Assembly: GCA_020725665.1 (NCBI GenBank)
Contig: DYEO01000033.1
Span: forward strand, 5,398-69,397
Source: Dethiobacter sp.
Lineage (GTDB): Bacteria > Bacillota > Dethiobacteria > DTU022 > UBA8154
DNA length: 64,000 nt
Direction of reading: 5' to 3'
In this document: one piece after another, positions 35,448 through 43,001 of the stretch
Numbering within the stretch: the first letter of the stretch is position 1
Layout: each line of letters begins with the position of its first letter
Position numbers and translations under genes: made by a program
Notes under the pieces: model-generated
What the model saw: only the letters and a program-made list of their open reading frames with translations
Told to the model about the DNA's origin: nothing
Databases searched by the model: none

Positions 35448-35536
35448 AGTAATTAAGGTAAAGGGAATCAGAAAGAAATAGACGGGCTCCGCTTAAAAAA
35501 ACGGCACTACCAAAGAAACCCGGAGGTGTTAAAGCA

Positions 35537-36085
35537 TTGCTGCAAATCAGGATGCACGGACGCGGTGGCCAGGGAGCGCAAATGGCGGCGCAGATACTGG
35601 CAACGGCATTTTTCCGTGAAGGGAAATATGTTCAGGCTTTTGCCACCTATGGCGGGGCAAGGCGCGGCACAGCGGTAAGTTCTTTTTTACGTATCGCTGA
35701 CCGGCCGATCCGCCTGCGCTGTGATATTGAGGACCCCGATGCCATTCTCTGTTTTGATGCCAGCCTGCTTGAGGATAAATTACTTAAAGGGGCTACCGAA
35801 AAAACATTGATCCTGGTAAATTCTACGATGCCACCGGAGGCTTTTAAGGAGTTCGACAGCCTAAAAATATTCACCGTCGACGGCAAGAGCATCGCCGGCC
35901 GCAATGGTTTGGGACGTATTGTCAACTCTGCCCTGCTGGGAGCCTTTGCCGGTTTGCTTGGTGCCCCCGCTTTTCAGAACCTGCAAAGTGTTGTTGAGGA
36001 AATGAGCCCGGTAAAAGTAAAAGAAAACGTCAGTTCCTGTCTGGAGGGGTATGAACTGGCCAGGACAATTAAAGGGGTGGCATAA
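35537..36085 (+). CDS. 2-oxoacid:ferredoxin oxidoreductase gamma subunit
   Basis: 182-aa ORF. The N-terminus IRMHGRGGQGAQMAAQILA is typical of POR/VOR/KOR gamma subunits. The ggaggtg SD lies 8 nt before the TTG. Confidence 0.85.
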   Translation: MLQIRMHGRGGQGAQMAAQILATAFFREGKYVQAFATYGGARRGTAVSSFLRIADRPIRLRCDIEDPDAILCFDASLLEDKLLKGATEKTLILVNSTMPPEAFKEFDSLKIFTVDGKSIAGRNGLGRIVNSALLGAFAGLLGAPAFQNLQSVVEEMSPVKVKENVSSCLEGYELARTIKGVA

Positions 36086-37762
36086 ATGGCGAAAACAATG
36101 GGCGAAGTTCATGAAGTGCCAACCACCTGGACAACGGGTTGGACTGATATTTTTAATACGGGAACCTGGCGCAGCGTCATGCCGGTGCACCAGCGCCGCT
36201 ACGCACCATGTCACGCTGCCTGTCCGGTAAGCGGGGAGATCCCCACCTGGATTCAGCAGTTAAAAAAGGGGGATTACCAGGAAGCCTGGCTGACCCTGGT
36301 CGCCAACAACCCCTTTCCTGCTGTTACGGGAAGGGTCTGCCACCACCCCTGTGAGCTTAAGTGCAACCGCAATGAATATGACGAAAAAGTTTCCGTAAAA
36401 ACCCTGGAACGCTGCCTGGGAGATATGGCCCTGGAAAAGAACTGGAAATTACCCACAAGTGATCAGCTGAAAGATGAAAAAATCGCCGTTGTCGGTGCAG
36501 GCCCTGCCGGCCTCTCCGCCGCATACCAACTCAGAGCCAGAGGTTTTGGCGTGACGATATACGAGGCCCGCCAACAACCGGGTGGACTTTTGTATTACGG
36601 CATCCCTGCCTACCGCCTGCCTCGGAATATACTCAAGGGTGAAATGGAAAGATTGCTGCAAACCGGCATTGAACTCCTGGCAGGCACTCCCCTGAAGAGC
36701 CCTGCTGACTTCAAACAACTGGAGGAGAAATATGCGGCCGTTTTCATAGCCACGGGTGCGCAGCGCTCCCTTGGCCTGCCTGAGCTGGAAGGCGCGGCGG
36801 AGGTGCTCGATGGCTTGTATTTTCTCGAAAGAGTTAATGAAGGGGCGCCACCGGAGCTTGGCAGTAAGGTGGTTGTTATCGGCGGGGGCAATACGGCCGT
36901 GGACGCGGCCCGCTGTGCTCTGCGTCTGGGTTCCCGGGATGTTGCCATTCTCTACCGTCGGGGCAGAGAACAGATGCCGGCCCAGGCCGAAGAGATCGCT
37001 GAAGCGGAAGAAGAGGGAGTTAAACTGGAACTGCTGGCCGCCCCGATAGCGCTAAAAAAAGAGGGGCAGAAAAAGATACTGCTTTGCCGGAGAATGCGGC
37101 TGGGAGCACCCGACGCATCGGGACGGCAGCGTCCCGAACCAGTGGCAGGTCAAACGTTTGCCATGGAGATAGATACATTGATCTGCGCCACCGGTGCAGA
37201 AGCGGATCTTACACCCCTGCAGGGGGTGCTGCCGGCGGCAGGGTCCCTTGTTCAGGTTGACGGGGAGCAGGGGACAGGGCGCAAAGGCTTTTTTGCCGGC
37301 GGAGATCTAACGAGCAGGGAACGTTATGTTGCCAGCGCTATTGGTACCGGCAGGCGCGGCGCGGCTGCCATTGCACGTTTTTTAGGTGTGCCGGAGGAGA
37401 TCGGCAAGGCGGATGGATTAGACGAAGATCCCGTTGTTTTTGCAGATATTAACACTTATTACTTTTCCTCACTACCGACGCTTAAAAAAAGCAAAGCAGC
37501 AGCGGCACGAGTCGCTGATTTTAGGGAAATTGAACCGGGAATTGGCCTGGATGAGGCAGCAGCGGAGGCGGAGCGTTGTTTCAGTTGCGGCAACTGCCTG
37601 CACTGTGACAACTGCTTTTATTTCTGCCCTGATATGGCCGTACAGCGGGACGAAACTGCAGCTGAGGGTTATCGCGTGCTTGACCAGTACTGCAAGGGCT
37701 GCGGCCTCTGTGCCGCCGAATGCCCCCGCGGCGCCATCGTTTTAAAGGAGGAGATAAAATGA
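36086..37762 (+). CDS. GltD-like NAD(P)H:FAD oxidoreductase fused to a 2x[4Fe-4S] ferredoxin (delta-type) domain
   Basis: 558-aa ORF. The N-terminal Cys clusters match the glutamate synthase small-subunit type. VVGAGPAGLSAAYQL and VIGGGNTAVD are dinucleotide folds. The C-terminus is CFSCGNCLHCDNC...CKGCGLCAAECP. Confidence 0.8.
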   Translation: MAKTMGEVHEVPTTWTTGWTDIFNTGTWRSVMPVHQRRYAPCHAACPVSGEIPTWIQQLKKGDYQEAWLTLVANNPFPAVTGRVCHHPCELKCNRNEYDEKVSVKTLERCLGDMALEKNWKLPTSDQLKDEKIAVVGAGPAGLSAAYQLRARGFGVTIYEARQQPGGLLYYGIPAYRLPRNILKGEMERLLQTGIELLAGTPLKSPADFKQLEEKYAAVFIATGAQRSLGLPELEGAAEVLDGLYFLERVNEGAPPELGSKVVVIGGGNTAVDAARCALRLGSRDVAILYRRGREQMPAQAEEIAEAEEEGVKLELLAAPIALKKEGQKKILLCRRMRLGAPDASGRQRPEPVAGQTFAMEIDTLICATGAEADLTPLQGVLPAAGSLVQVDGEQGTGRKGFFAGGDLTSRERYVASAIGTGRRGAAAIARFLGVPEEIGKADGLDEDPVVFADINTYYFSSLPTLKKSKAAAARVADFREIEPGIGLDEAAAEAERCFSCGNCLHCDNCFYFCPDMAVQRDETAAEGYRVLDQYCKGCGLCAAECPRGAIVLKEEIK

Positions 37763-38919
37763 TCAGTAAACCGACCGCCATGCTCCTCACCGGGAATCAC
37801 GCCGTATCTTACGGGGCGATGCTCGCCAGACCCAAGGTTATTCCCATCTATCCCATCACTCCCCAGACCCCCATAGCGGAGAAGCTTACCGAATTGCAAC
37901 TCAGCGGGGCACTGGAAGCGGAAACGATGACTCCCGAATCGGAACATTCCGCCATGGCCGCCTGTATCACCGCCTCCCTGGCCGGTGTGCGCGTTTTTAC
38001 GGCCACGGCTTCCCAGGGACTTATGCTCATGCATGAAATGCTCCATTACGCCTCGGGCGCCCGGGCCCCCATTGTCATGGCCAATGTGAACCGGACCATC
38101 GGGTCCCCCTGGGGCTTCTGGCCCGACCAGACCGACAGCCTGGCCCAGCGGGATACGGGTTGGATACATTATTATACGGAAAGTGCGCAGGAGTCGCTGG
38201 ATACGGTGCTGCAGGCTTACCGCACGGCAGAGCAGGTTTCCCTGCCCGCCATGGTTATCCATGAGGCATTTTACGTCTCCCACTCCCTGGAGGTTGTGGA
38301 GGTACCTTCCCATGCCATGGTGGACTCCTACCTGCCGCCCTTTACGCCGGAAATAATGCTTGACCCCTCAATTAATCGTTCATGGGGAAACGTGGTCAAC
38401 CAGGAGATGTTCTGGCGGCACCGCAAGTACCTGGGAGAAGCAATGGAACAAACACTGGAAGTGGCAGCCAAAGCTGATGCACAGTGGAAAGAACTGACGG
38501 GACGCGGTTATGAGCTGGTTGAGGCATACCGCTGCGCGGATGCCGAGGTTATTATCGTGACCATGGGGAGTATGGCCGGAACAACACGGGAAGCCGTGGA
38601 TATGATGCGTGCACGGGGGCTTGCCGCCGGGCTGCTGAAGGTGCGCCTTTTCCGTCCGTTCCCGGTACAAAAGCTGCAAAGTCTGCTCAAAGGTGTACCC
38701 CGGGTGATGATCATGGATCGCAACTTTTCCCCCGGCCTGGGAGGAGTGCTGCACCAGGAGGTCAAGGCAGCCCTTTACGGCATGAAGAAAGCTCCCCCTC
38801 TCTACGGTTACCTGGTGGGAGTAGGCGGCCTCAATGTTTCCCCTGCACTAATTGAAAAGCTGGTAAGAAGAACGCTTCGGGAAAAAGCGGAAATAAACTC
38901 TATTTGGGTAGGTGAGTAA
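37759..38919 (+). CDS. 2-oxoacid:ferredoxin oxidoreductase alpha subunit
   Basis: MISKPTAMLLTGNHAVSYGAM..IYPITPQT is a POR alpha-type N-terminus. The ATG overlaps the upstream stop (atga). Confidence 0.85.
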   Translation: MISKPTAMLLTGNHAVSYGAMLARPKVIPIYPITPQTPIAEKLTELQLSGALEAETMTPESEHSAMAACITASLAGVRVFTATASQGLMLMHEMLHYASGARAPIVMANVNRTIGSPWGFWPDQTDSLAQRDTGWIHYYTESAQESLDTVLQAYRTAEQVSLPAMVIHEAFYVSHSLEVVEVPSHAMVDSYLPPFTPEIMLDPSINRSWGNVVNQEMFWRHRKYLGEAMEQTLEVAAKADAQWKELTGRGYELVEAYRCADAEVIIVTMGSMAGTTREAVDMMRARGLAAGLLKVRLFRPFPVQKLQSLLKGVPRVMIMDRNFSPGLGGVLHQEVKAALYGMKKAPPLYGYLVGVGGLNVSPALIEKLVRRTLREKAEINSIWVGE

Positions 38920-39820
38920 AGTGGAAAACAAGGCCAACGCTGCCAGGTACTACGATATACACGAGGAGAAGGTATTCAATTCCGGGCACCAGGCCTGCCC
39001 CGGTTGCGGGCAAGCCCTGGCTTTTCGCTATGTCCTGAATACCATGGGTCCGGAGACAATTGCGGTGGTGCCTCCTTCATGTGCGGCCATAATATCCGGT
39101 CCACAGCCCTACAGCTCCATGCGCATCCCCGTTTACCAGACTACGCTGGAGGCCAGTGCAGCCTCTGCAGCAGGTATCAAGAGGGCACTCATAGCCAGGG
39201 GTAAGGAACACGTACATGCCATTGCCATCGCCGGAGACGGGGGAACCTATGACATCGGTTTTCAAGCTCTCTCCTCGGCTGCGGAACGGGGCGAGGATAT
39301 CATCTATTTCTGCATGGACAACGAAGGTTATATGAATACGGGTACGCAGAAGAGTTCTTCCACCCCCCGCTACGCCTATACCACTTCCACCCCCGGGGGC
39401 AAGCCCACGAAGAAAAAAAACCTGGCAGAGATCATGGCCGCCCACCAGATCCCCTACGTGGCCACGGCCACGGTGGGTTTTCCCGACGATCTTGTGCGCA
39501 AGGTAAAAAAAGCTAAAGAAATTAAGGGAACACGGGTTATTATTATTCTTACACCCTGCCTGGACGGCTGGGGACTTGCAGACAATGCATCGGTAAAGAT
39601 CTCCCGCCTGGCGGTATTTACTGGCATTTTCCCTCTTTACGAGGTGGAAAACGGGGTCAAATACACCCTCACCCATGGATCTGACGGGACTCCCATCTCC
39701 GCTTACCTCAAGCCGCAGCGCCGCTACCGGCACCTCACGGCAGAGCAGATTGACACGATTCAGCAGGAAGTGGACGAACAATACGATATCCTGCTGCGCC
39801 GCGTAAAGTGTTTTGCTTAA
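38912..39820 (+). CDS. 2-oxoacid:ferredoxin oxidoreductase beta subunit (TPP-binding)
   Basis: 302-aa ORF with CPGCG and GDGG..DIG TPP-binding motifs. It has a GTG start overlapping the end of the alpha gene. Confidence 0.85.
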   Translation: MSKVENKANAARYYDIHEEKVFNSGHQACPGCGQALAFRYVLNTMGPETIAVVPPSCAAIISGPQPYSSMRIPVYQTTLEASAASAAGIKRALIARGKEHVHAIAIAGDGGTYDIGFQALSSAAERGEDIIYFCMDNEGYMNTGTQKSSSTPRYAYTTSTPGGKPTKKKNLAEIMAAHQIPYVATATVGFPDDLVRKVKKAKEIKGTRVIIILTPCLDGWGLADNASVKISRLAVFTGIFPLYEVENGVKYTLTHGSDGTPISAYLKPQRRYRHLTAEQIDTIQQEVDEQYDILLRRVKCFA

Positions 39821-40139
39821 AACCCCCTTTTTTATAAAGGCGATGCAGATTTTTGTAGTTTCCCTTGACGTTCAGCTTAAAGATGCTTTAACATTAAATG
39901 CGGCAAAATCAATTCGGCAAATGACGGAAGCAAAAAAATGTTCAGTGAAAGGCGGCTTAAAGATGCCGGCATGCTTGTGCTGCGGCAAAAAAATTGAGGC
40001 CGATTATCTCCTTTGGAAAGGGGGAGAAAATCGGTCTTTTTGCGAGAAATGCAATAACGAGGAAGAATTTTCCTCTATATTCGGCCGTATAGTTGATACG
40101 GGAAAGGAAAATATAAAGATGATGCTACCACCAAAGTAA
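39813..40139 (+). CDS. hypothetical small protein with CxxC...CxxC zinc-ribbon-like motif (start uncertain)
   Basis: The ORF contains ACLCCGKK...FCEKCNN. No clear SD is present, and the true product may be the C-terminal ~58 aa. Confidence 0.25.
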   Translation: MLKTPFFIKAMQIFVVSLDVQLKDALTLNAAKSIRQMTEAKKCSVKGGLKMPACLCCGKKIEADYLLWKGGENRSFCEKCNNEEEFSSIFGRIVDTGKENIKMMLPPK

Positions 40140-40155
40140 TGAAAGGGGTGAAACG

Positions 40156-40389
40156 ATGCAGGCAACAAGGACCAACATTAAAAACATCGGGAAAGCTGAG
40201 TTCATGTCTCTCTTTCACCAGTACCAGGGTGAATCTTTGTGCTCCAAGAAATTGAGTATTTACAGCAATCAGTGCCAGGATCCCACCATGAAGAACATGA
40301 TTAACCAGATGAGTGCACAGTGCCAGGAAAGGGCGAACCGCCTTTCTTCATTACTTCAGGAAGCGGGCGGCGGCCAGTTTCTTTCCTAA
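40156..40389 (+). CDS. small CotF-like / ferritin-like spore coat-associated protein
   Basis: 77-aa ORF after aaagggg. It carries the ..YSNQCQDPTMKNMINQM..H-less helical pattern seen in Coat F relatives and is paired with the next gene. Confidence 0.4.
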   Translation: MQATRTNIKNIGKAEFMSLFHQYQGESLCSKKLSIYSNQCQDPTMKNMINQMSAQCQERANRLSSLLQEAGGGQFLS

Positions 40390-40489
40390 GAACCAGGGAT
40401 CGATGAGTAAATACCCTTGATCTCAGGGGTTCGGGTATAACACCATGAAAACTAAAATAATCAAATTGTTTTTTGAAAGGAGGTCAAAC

Positions 40490-40741
40490 ATGCAGGCTCA
40501 ACAATTTACTGATAAAGATATCGCCGGCGATGTGCTGACCGGTGTGAAACACATGGCGCAAGGTTATATGACGGCAGTAATGGAATCGCAGGATCAGAAC
40601 CTGCGTCAAACTTTTAAGGATTTCCATGATCAGTGTATGAACGATCAATATCAAATCTTTCAGCTTATGAGCAAGAACGGCTGGTATAAAGTGCCGAAGA
40701 TCCTGGATGAAGCCCAAACACAACCACAAGCTCAATATTAA
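40490..40741 (+). CDS. spore coat protein, CotF family
   Basis: FTDKDIAGDVLTGVKHMAQGYMTAVMES..LRQTF..MSKNGWY is the Coat F domain pattern. I place the start at the ATG after gaaaggagg. Confidence 0.7.
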   Translation: MQAQQFTDKDIAGDVLTGVKHMAQGYMTAVMESQDQNLRQTFKDFHDQCMNDQYQIFQLMSKNGWYKVPKILDEAQTQPQAQY

Positions 40742-40783
40742 TCAAGTATAACCGGTCCAAGCACAATGTTGCCGGTTAAGCAA

Positions 40784-40825
40784 GGGGCTGTCCCAAAAGT
40801 ATATTTTGGGCAGCCCTTTTCTTTT
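40784..40825 (+). terminator. strong intrinsic terminator
   Basis: ggggctgtcccaaaa-gtatat-tttgggcagccc followed by ttttctttt. Confidence 0.8.
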
Positions 40826-40974
40826 ACCGATCAGAATAATGTAAGTGTAACAATGGTCTCTCTATTATTATCCCATATTATCCTAAAAAAGATTATCCGT
40901 AAAAAGACTTGAATATGTCGGCCGGCGGGGTTATGATAAAACATAAATTTTGCTATGCAAATCAGGTGATATAA

Positions 40975-41946
40975 TTGGATAGAATAATTAAACTCAACGG
41001 TGATATTTGGCAGGTGGACCTGGAAGAAAGAGGTATCCCGGGTTGGACGGCCGCATACTTTATCAAAGGTGAAGGCAACAGCGGCTGGATGCTTATTGAA
41101 ACAGGGCCAGCGAGTTCGGCTAAAAAGCTTTTAGAAGCTGCAGCCAGTATCGGGATATCCCCTGGAGAGGTTAAATACATAGGAGTTACCCATATACACG
41201 TGGATCATGCAGGTAGCCTGGGGGTTATATCCCGTTATTTTAACAATGCCGAAATATGGGTACATCCCCGTGGGGAAAAGCATCTGGTCGATCCCGCCAG
41301 ATTGATCGAGGGATCCAGGGCTGTCTACGGAGAACGGAAAATGCAGGAATATGGAGAGGTATTGCCTGTCCCTGCGGAAAGGCTCCATTCAGCCAGGGAA
41401 GGAACAATCATCCGCCTTGGGGAAAGGTCAATCGAGGTATGGGAAACGCCGGGTCATGCCCGGCACCATGCCTGTTTTTATGACCGCAAAACCAGGGGGT
41501 TATTTAGCGGAGATGCGGCCGGAGTATATGCTCCCCGTCTTTCCAAACTGCTCAATCAGGCGGTAACGCGCCCGGCTACTCCCGGCCCTGATTTTCATGG
41601 AGAGTTAATGCTGCAAGACCTTTACCGCATGGCATGCAGTGAAGTGAGAAACATTTACTATACACATTTTGGAGCTGCTGCTCCGGCGCAGTTGTTGCTG
41701 GAACTTGTGATCGGACAGTTGTCCGTGCACATGCGCATGGCCCGTGATTATGCGGATAAAGAAGATGCGGTACAAAAATTGGGCCTCGCCTTGCAGGAGG
41801 AAATAAAAACAGGCCTGCTCAACGGCACGGCGCAGGAAATAATCTATGATGACAGAGCCGGTAATGAAATGAGATTGTTGCTGGAACCCTTGTTTGATTC
41901 AGCGGACGGCCTGCTTTTAGATTTGAAAGGTAAATCCTCCGTGTAA
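40975..41946 (+). CDS. MBL-fold metallo-hydrolase
   Basis: 323-aa ORF with a TTG start, the HIHVDHAG motif and downstream TPGHARHH. Confidence 0.8.
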   Translation: MDRIIKLNGDIWQVDLEERGIPGWTAAYFIKGEGNSGWMLIETGPASSAKKLLEAAASIGISPGEVKYIGVTHIHVDHAGSLGVISRYFNNAEIWVHPRGEKHLVDPARLIEGSRAVYGERKMQEYGEVLPVPAERLHSAREGTIIRLGERSIEVWETPGHARHHACFYDRKTRGLFSGDAAGVYAPRLSKLLNQAVTRPATPGPDFHGELMLQDLYRMACSEVRNIYYTHFGAAAPAQLLLELVIGQLSVHMRMARDYADKEDAVQKLGLALQEEIKTGLLNGTAQEIIYDDRAGNEMRLLLEPLFDSADGLLLDLKGKSSV

Positions 41947-41987
41947 TCAAGGAGAATTTACTTCAATTTCCCGGTGGACGACTTCTA

Positions 41988-42215
41988 TCAGTTCACAGTG
42001 AAAATATCTTTTAATGGTATCTCCAGACCCTCAAAAACAGTTGATTTAATTGTATCTTCTTCCCTGAAGGTATTTAAGCTTCTTATATCTCTTTCTTGAG
42101 AAAAGGAGTATTGATTAATGCTTTTGTTTTCTAAATCTACAATCCAGCATTCCTTCTCTACCAAAGAAAGATATTTTCCAAAAGCATTCTGCAAATCCGT
42201 GGTATTAACACGCAT
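41988..42215 (-). pseudogene. chimeric remnant: Phd/YefM-like antitoxin N-terminus fused to a Uma2-family endonuclease C-terminus
   Basis: In this 75-aa ORF, MRVNTTDLQNAFGKYLSLVEKE looks like an antitoxin N-terminus. CWIVDLENKSINQYSF...STVFEGLEIPLKDIF looks like the end of Uma2/DUF820 proteins (yWivDp...v.vy...fpgl.i.l.eif). Confidence 0.4.
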
Positions 42216-42235
42216 AGGATCGCCGCCTTTCTTTG

Positions 42236-42303
42236 ATAGCTAATTAATAGCTAATATTATAAAGCTTATTAGCTATTACGTCAATTGACGATAGCTATAA
42301 AGG
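42236..42303. promoter_or_regulatory. cluster of short palindromes (4x TAGCTA, AAGCTT, CGTCAATTGACG), candidate operator region
   Basis: Read directly from the sequence, immediately upstream of the 75-aa ORF start. Confidence 0.3.
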
Positions 42304-42320
42304 ATTGATAATATCTTGCG

Positions 42321-42764
42321 TTAGGGTTTTATTGCCATCAGCACCGCCTCCCGGGGAGATGAAGCAATTTCCATACCGGGAATTTCAAAAGAAGGCTGCA
42401 AGGCGATGACCCGTTTCCCCTCTTTCAGGGCGATAGCTATTTCCGAAAGGGTTCCATACTCTCCTGCAACAGCTATGAGCAGATCGCTGCAGCGCACCAC
42501 CAGGAAATTTCGCATCTCCCCCATACCCGTGGCCAGGGCATAACTAACGTATGCATTGGCTTCACCTCGATTGCTTCCGGGTAAAATACCAAGGGCCACC
42601 CCACCGCTCTCCCGGCAACCGCGGCAGGCCTCTTCCATCACCCCGCCAAGGCCCCCGCAGATTAAAATCGCTCCGCTACGGGCGATCTCCCTCCCTAATG
42701 CGCGGGCAAGCTGACCCGTAGCAGCATCGCAGCGTCCCGCACCGACAACGCCTATGTAGATCAT
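42321..42764 (-). CDS. TIGR00725-family (LOG/SLOG-like Rossmann) protein
   Basis: 147-aa ORF with the IGVVGAG....A..LG..IA..GA.LICGGLGGVMEA.C.G pattern of that family. Confidence 0.65.
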   Translation of the reverse strand: MIYIGVVGAGRCDAATGQLARALGREIARSGAILICGGLGGVMEEACRGCRESGGVALGILPGSNRGEANAYVSYALATGMGEMRNFLVVRCSDLLIAVAGEYGTLSEIAIALKEGKRVIALQPSFEIPGMEIASSPREAVLMAIKP

Positions 42765-43001
42765 AATGTTGTCCTCCCAGCCTCTTTTAGATCATTTTTC
42801 TTACCATACACACCATGCACACACCTTGAATCCGCGTAAAAAGAAGGATATTAACCACCGCGTGTTGAATTGGCAATAGTAACCTTTCACCCACCAGGCC
42901 CGCTGTCTCGACGTATTCTCAAAGAACGGCACAGCCATATTATATACACCGGGGTGAAACCCGGCAACAAGATAAAAAAACATTCCGGAGGGATAATCCA
43001 G

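Noticed and set aside
35206-35448. 80-aa minus-strand ORF in the divergent control region
   Set aside because: It spans the heptamer repeat, a REP-like hairpin and sigma-54 promoter P3. It has no SD and an odd composition. The region is better explained as regulatory DNA.
37669-39781. 214-aa and 234-aa minus-strand ORFs
   Set aside because: They are antisense to the OFOR alpha and beta genes, which carry clear family motifs. Their Gly/Arg/His-rich composition is an artefact.
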